In this document: positions 58,781 through 64,000 of the stretch, piece by piece | Layout: the number at the start of each line of letters is the position of its first letter | Position numbering within the stretch: position 1 is the stretch's first letter | Assembly: GCA_951406725.2 (NCBI GenBank) | Contig: OX597814.1 | Location: 145,638,001 to 145,702,000 of the forward strand | Reading direction: 5' to 3' | DNA length: 64,000 bases | From: Octopus vulgaris | Lineage: Eukaryota | Translations under genes and position numbers: made by a program | Notes under the pieces: generated by a model | Database searches by the model: none | The model's input: the letters and a program-made list of their open reading frames with translations, nothing else | What the model was told of the DNA's origin: nothing

Positions 58781-59048
58781 GGAAATCCGTTGGAAAAACA
58801 AAAACAGAACAGAGGCGGAGCAAAAACAAATCGAACTATGCTCCTAAGAGCCCATGGCGAAACTGTTTATCAGTGTATGTTGAGAACCGGTGGCTGAAGA
58901 ATTCAACGGGTCAAGCATCGGTCAATCATGTGGGTGAGGGTGCGTAGATGTTCTTTGTGACCGAGAATAAAGTTCTGACTATTTAAAGAATATTGGATGT
59001 TTTATAAGGGGCGAGAAAAAATCTGCTAGGATTAGTTTCTGAAATTAG

Positions 59049-59492
59049 AACTGCGTTCCTGTCACTATATTCACAGAAACTAATCCTAGCAGAATTAGAT
59101 TCACGTCGGCGAACTCCAAGATCAAAAACGCCGTCTACCAATGCAAGGTTTACACGGACTCAGATGTCTTCACTTATGTAGGGGCCTCATCCTCAAGATT
59201 GTCTTTGCGTGTCTCCAACCATTACGCAACTTTTCGGGACATGAACAAGCGCCAGACCACGGGACTCAGTAAGCTAATATGGCGACTGAAGGATACGAAC
59301 TTAAGCTACAGGCTGGAATGGTCCATTTTGTCGGTGGCCCTCCCATTTGATAGGGGCAGAAGGCAGTGCAACCTTTGTGTCTCCGAACTCTTCCATATTT
59401 TGTTTGCCAGAGGCCGGATGGTAAACGGGCTTTTACAGTCGGCTTTTCGATGCCCCCATTGGCGGCGTTACACTTATCTGGCTTTTAAATAG
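59049..59492 (+). CDS. GIY-YIG endonuclease domain of Penelope element 2, 5'-partial
   Basis: Open frame upstream of the listed ORF: VTIFTETNPSRIRFTSANSKIKNAVYQCKVYTDSDVFTYVGASS..LSLRVSNHYATF...TTGLSKLIWRLK...CNLCVSE...N...CPH. Colinear with element 1. Confidence 0.88.
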   Translation, partial: NCVPVTIFTETNPSRIRFTSANSKIKNAVYQCKVYTDSDVFTYVGASSSRLSLRVSNHYATFRDMNKRQTTGLSKLIWRLKDTNLSYRLEWSILSVALPFDRGRRQCNLCVSELFHILFARGRMVNGLLQSAFRCPHWRRYTYLAFK

Positions 59493-60077
59493 CGTTTATA
59501 AATAATACCGGCACCCATAGCCCTTGGTAACAAATTATGAAATAGCCTTTAAGATATCTACGATTAACCACTGCAAGGGGAATTACTCCTGTAAGACAAA
59601 CGGGGCTTGGTTTTTTCACAGCGGGGGTTTCCTTGACAAGGCAGGCTTAGATGAACACACACACACATAAAACATGATATATATTTTTTTTTTTCTGCCA
59701 CCCAACGGTTATCACGGCAGTAGCCACTGACAGCCGAACGATCAAACGCACACACGTACACAAAAAATGTTTTCTACCCCTACGCCAACACACACATATA
59801 TAGAACAGTATACACACACACACGTCTCTAAGTAGATTTTTTCTCGCCCCTTATAAAACATCCAATATTCTTTAAATAGTCAGAACTTTATTCTCGGTCA
59901 CAAAGAACATCTACGCACCCTCACCCACATGATTGACCGATGCTTGACCCGTTGAATTCTTCAGCCACCGGTTCTCAACATACACTGATAAACAGTTTCG
60001 CCATGGGCTCTTAGGAGCATAGTTCGATTTGTTTCTGCTCCGCCTCTGTTCTGTTTTTGTTTTTCCAACGGATTTCC

Positions 60078-60171
60078 TATTTTCTTCCTGAAGAGAAAGA
60101 CACAATATGGTCCCATTATTCCATCGGATTTTGGTAATTTGTGCCTTTCGAAACACGTGTAGAATGAAATA
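60078..60171 (+). ncRNA. Type I hammerhead ribozyme (right arm of element 2)
   Basis: tattttcttc-CTGAAGA-gaaagacacaa...ttgtgcctttc-GAAA-cacgtg-TA-gaatgaaata. Stem II 10/11 pairs, GUA triplet, predicted cleavage after 60161. Confidence 0.9.
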
Positions 60172-60220
60172 AAACGATTTCTGTTCAATCTGCGTTCAGC
60201 TCCATTTCTTCAATTCACCA

Positions 60221-60253
<33 letters not shown>

Positions 60254-61214
60254 TATAGGGAGAGAGAGAGAGGGGGAGAGAGAGCAAATATCCATCTCTA
60301 CCCCTTACAGCAATGTTATACACAAAGTAGGAATACCTGAGGCATAATGTTCTGCTTTTATTATGTAGACAGATAGGAATCTCGTGCCTTCAGGGAAGGT
60401 AACTGTGTGTTCTCTCTAAGAATCAAACAGGAGTCATCTTTGAGCTTAAGTGAGAATTGATCCAGCGTTAATTTGATCATTCTTCCATTGTCAGAATATG
60501 TTGGGTTGATAAGTCAGATGGTAGGTTCCTATTGAAGTTTGTTTCGTGACCACCCACACTGTTAGTGGTAGGCTTGGATTCAAGAAATTCTGCTTTGAAA
60601 CTTGAAAAGGTAATGTTCTTTCGTAGGACGTTAATTTTGTTGAGACTATTGCAGGAGTGACTGTGTATGTAGGATTCATGAAGTTAAAAGTAATCAATGG
60701 TAGATGGTTGTTTAACTTTAAATATAAATATTCATAGTATTATTCGCGTGAACATAAATAAGTCTGGTTATTTTATAAGTTTAATTATGATATTTATGCA
60801 TGATTGGGAGAAATTATGGCAGCATTTGAATTTCATATTTGTTAGTAGATTAAAAATACCTCTTTAATATCATCAGGCACCTGTTCATTAACGGGCAATT
60901 CTTTGTGCGAAATTCTAAAATGAGAGCACACTGATTACGAAAGTTGAAGGTTCGTTAATTCAGGGACTTTAAGAAGTTATATTAGCTTTTGGCGATAGAC
61001 ATATGATGTAGAATTTCATTTAGCTTTGGGATTTATTTTTGTTTTGTTTTGTTTTTTTATCAAAGAGTTGACATGTATGGTGAAGTCGTGGATGAAGAGA
61101 GTATCAAAACAATGGATCTCGTATATGGATAGATTTGCACCAGGTGATTGCTGCAATCTAGAATGTGAGAGTAAATAATATTACTGACAGAGCGCATACA
61201 CTGTCTTCTCATTG

Positions 61215-61226
61215 GATATCTATCTG

Positions 61227-61299
<73 letters not shown>

Positions 61300-61304
61300 A
61301 TATG

Positions 61305-61337
<33 letters not shown>

Positions 61338-61686
61338 ATCTATTAATCTATCTATCTATCTATTTCTCTACCTACCTACCTACCTACCTATATATCTATA
61401 TATCTGCCTGTCTGTCCATCCGTCCGTCCGCCTGTCTGTCTGTCTATGTATGTATCTATCTATCTATTTATCTATCTATCTAACTATTTCTACGTATGTA
61501 TGTGTGTGTATAGACTCATAAACATACGTAGATGCATACATTTATACGTACATACATACATGCATACATATATACAAGTGTACATGCATCCATAGATACG
61601 TACATAAATACATACATGCATGCATACATACATACATACATACATACATACATACATACATACATACATACATACATGCATACATG
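61215..61686. repeat. (TATC)n/(TGTC)n/(TACA)n compound microsatellite
   Basis: Direct reading. Confidence 0.9.
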
Positions 61687-62149
61687 AGGCTAGACTGCGG
61701 ATGTTTCAAACAAAGATTTTTGACACCTAGACCTTACTTTCTATAGTATGTATGTGTGTGCGCGCGTCTGTGGAGACAACTATGCCTAGAAAAAAAAGAC
61801 AGCAAAAAAACATGGAATACAATGAATACAACTTTCTGCTTAATGCATATCTCTCTGCTTTCTGATTAGTGTATATTTCTCACGACCGCGGACCGAGTAA
61901 ACAATATACTCACTAGATCTGATAGACTGACTTTAAAAAACTCGGATAATGTACAGTTGTTTATTTGAATGCAAATAAATATATATGCTCCCTTGCGACA
62001 GTCAGTAGGAGATGGTAGGGAAGAGAAGAATTTAGTTAAGAAGTTTGAATGTTGTACTGTAAGTAGAGTATTTGCGCTGGAGCGTATTTTTGACATGCAC
62101 TGTTTCATCGATGAGCGTGTGTGAATGTACGCCTGCATATATCCTTGTG

Positions 62150-62441
62150 GATGAGCGAGAAACCAACAAAACTCCTTGTATCACCAAAGATGAAGTGAAG
62201 GCTAGGATTATGGCAGCATTCGTAAACTTAAATAAGGAGACTGTCCTGAAGAGTTGCAGGAGATTACAAAGTTGTTTGGAGGCCGTGGTTGAAGCCAATG
62301 GTGATTTTATTCAATAAATTTACTCTTTAGCATTTCAAGATATTTTTTATGTAATGTTGGTAAATATATCTATTAAATAAGATGTCAATGTTATTTTTAT
62401 TTTTGGATAATTTAGACGACAGTTTATTCACAGTAGACTGT
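62150..62441 (+). mobile_element. Tc1/mariner (DD37D-like) transposase 3' relic, copy 1
   Basis: ERETNKTPCITKDEVKARI...CRRLQSCLEAVVEANGDFIQ, then an end at TTTATTCACAGTAGACTG-TA. Confidence 0.75.
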
Positions 62442-62569
62442 ATGTATATACATATATAGGTATATCTACAAACTCATTTTAATGGTGAGCAGTAAGTATT
62501 CAAGTGTTTTTATGTGGACTGTTTACCACCACACTAGAACCACACAAGCAGTAGAACCTAGTCATGGAC

Positions 62570-62916
62570 ATCAGACAATTTTGAGACCACACCACCCCTA
62601 ACATCAGGCCACATAACTCTCCAGACTACCACTCTCTTGATTATTATGTGTGGGGTGTAGTTGAACGAGTAACTAACAAAACTCCTTGTATCACCAAAGA
62701 TGAGCTGAAGGCAAGGATTATGGCAGCATTGGCCAACTTAAAAACGGAGAACGTCCTGAAGAGTTGCATGAGATAACAAAGTCGTTTAGAGGCCGTGGGT
62801 GAAGACAATGGCGATTTTATTGAATAAATATTGGTAAACATATCTATTAAAATGAGATGTCAGTGTTATTTTCATTTTTGCATAATTTAGGAGACAGTCT
62901 ATTCACAACAGACTGT
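62570..62916 (+). mobile_element. Tc1/mariner (DD37D-like) transposase 3' relic, copy 2
   Basis: PHNSPDYHSLDYYVWGVVE resembles WPPxSPDLNPLDYxVWG; otherwise parallels copy 1. Confidence 0.75.
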
Positions 62917-62921
62917 ATGTA

Positions 62922-63426
62922 CCATAAATCCTCGAGTATAGTCCGCCCTTGAGTATAATACGCAAGGGATTTTTAGGGGGCTGTACCTCTGAAAAACCTA
63001 AACCTTGTGTATAATACGCACCCCTTCTCTAACTTGAGTCAAGGAAGTATATATAACGTCCTTGGTTTGTAAAAATGTATACGGTAAGGTCCTTTATTAT
63101 TGTATATATAGCATAATGCAAACGGGTAGCATTTTTATGCATTTTGTTTGCAGAAAATAAAGAAACAACTGTAATATTGTTTAATAAATGTTGCTTACTG
63201 CAAGTTATGGATGATTCTTTTATGACTTCATTGCTTTCAAGCTTAGCTTAAGGTATTTTCGCGCCCGACATCACAAAATGCGTCTGAATAAACATTGTAG
63301 GACAGCAAATAGAGAATTGAGCATTGCTTAGAAAATAATTTTCATTTGTAATCTCGCACTCAATACACACTTGGGATTCCGACCTTTAAATTGGGTAAAA
63401 TGCGGATTATACTCGAGGATTTACGG
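62922..63426. mobile_element. pogo/Tc2-like MITE with TA target duplication
   Basis: TA-CCATAAATCCTCGAGTATAGTCCGC ... GCGGATTATACTCGAGGATTTACGG-TA; the empty site is visible in the paralogous unit near 62440. Confidence 0.88.
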
Positions 63427-64000
63427 TATATACATACATAGGTATATGTACAAACTCATTTTAAAGATGAGGAGTAAATGTTCCAGTGTTTTTTTATGTC
63501 CACCGTTTACGACCACACTAGAACCAGGAAGCTCCTTTCAAATTAGGAAGTTTCCTGTAAGTGTAGGCACTTCTGTTTGGTTCCAAGATAGGGAGATGAC
63601 AAGATGCTACATGTAATTCATTTTATTTCTATATCGTTGTTAGATATCTAAAGAATATTTCAGTAATCATTATTATATAAATGCCACAAAGATAATTTTC
63701 GGCAAAACATCCACATTTCAGTAGTATATTCATATGTATAATCAAATGTGTATGATGATGTGGGTGTGTGAGTAGTAAAGTTCCGGGTAGGAGGTATACT
63801 ATATGTCGCTCCCTGAGAACCACCCACCAATGATCTACAAACATCTGATTCTTCTCTCTAACAAGTGTATTTAAAGTATCATAGCAAGTGACCACTATTT
63901 CACTTCATCGGTGATATATGAGAGTGACAGTTCCTACTGTTCTTGATATTAATATTATTGTCATTTTTATAGATGTGAGCATTGTTGCTACAGCATTGAG

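Larger units (their letters stand above)
58478..60223 (+). mobile_element. Penelope-like element 2 (Neptune-type), truncated, with inverted pseudo-LTR
   Basis: 390-bp inverted repeats 58635-59024 / 59834-60223 (one mismatch noticed) around a GIY-YIG coding segment; two hammerheads; (TA)n flanks. Confidence 0.92.

Noticed and set aside
58670-60188. Duplicated 75-aa and 81-aa ORFs on opposite strands
   Set aside because: They are antisense read-throughs of the inverted pseudo-LTR and hammerhead region, with no protein motif.

Overview
AT-rich, microsatellite-saturated animal genomic DNA, intergenic or intronic. The SINE families and repeat landscape suggest an octopus or other coleoid cephalopod (inference from recognition, not a database hit). 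No host gene is confidently recognisable; one candidate symmetric exon lies at 20713-20880. Recognisable content is mobile DNA. (i) Two Penelope-like elements (Neptune-type, C-terminal GIY-YIG) at 10.3-12.5 kb and 58.5-60.2 kb, each folded back as a long inverted repeat, embedded in (TA)n and carrying type I hammerhead ribozymes; several more hammerhead-bearing mini-elements or relics occur. (ii) A 5'-truncated CR1 LINE with a mutated RT. (iii) Several R4/Dong-type RLE LINEs plus a non-coding ~560-bp companion element, all in (TAA)n tracts, including a same-strand stack at 44.6-50.9 kb. (iv) Tx1/L1 fragments, one inside (TATC)n. (v) Three tRNA-type SINE families, Tc1/mariner relics and MITEs. 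Most ORFs in the supplied track are microsatellite read-throughs. All alignments and folds were done by eye.
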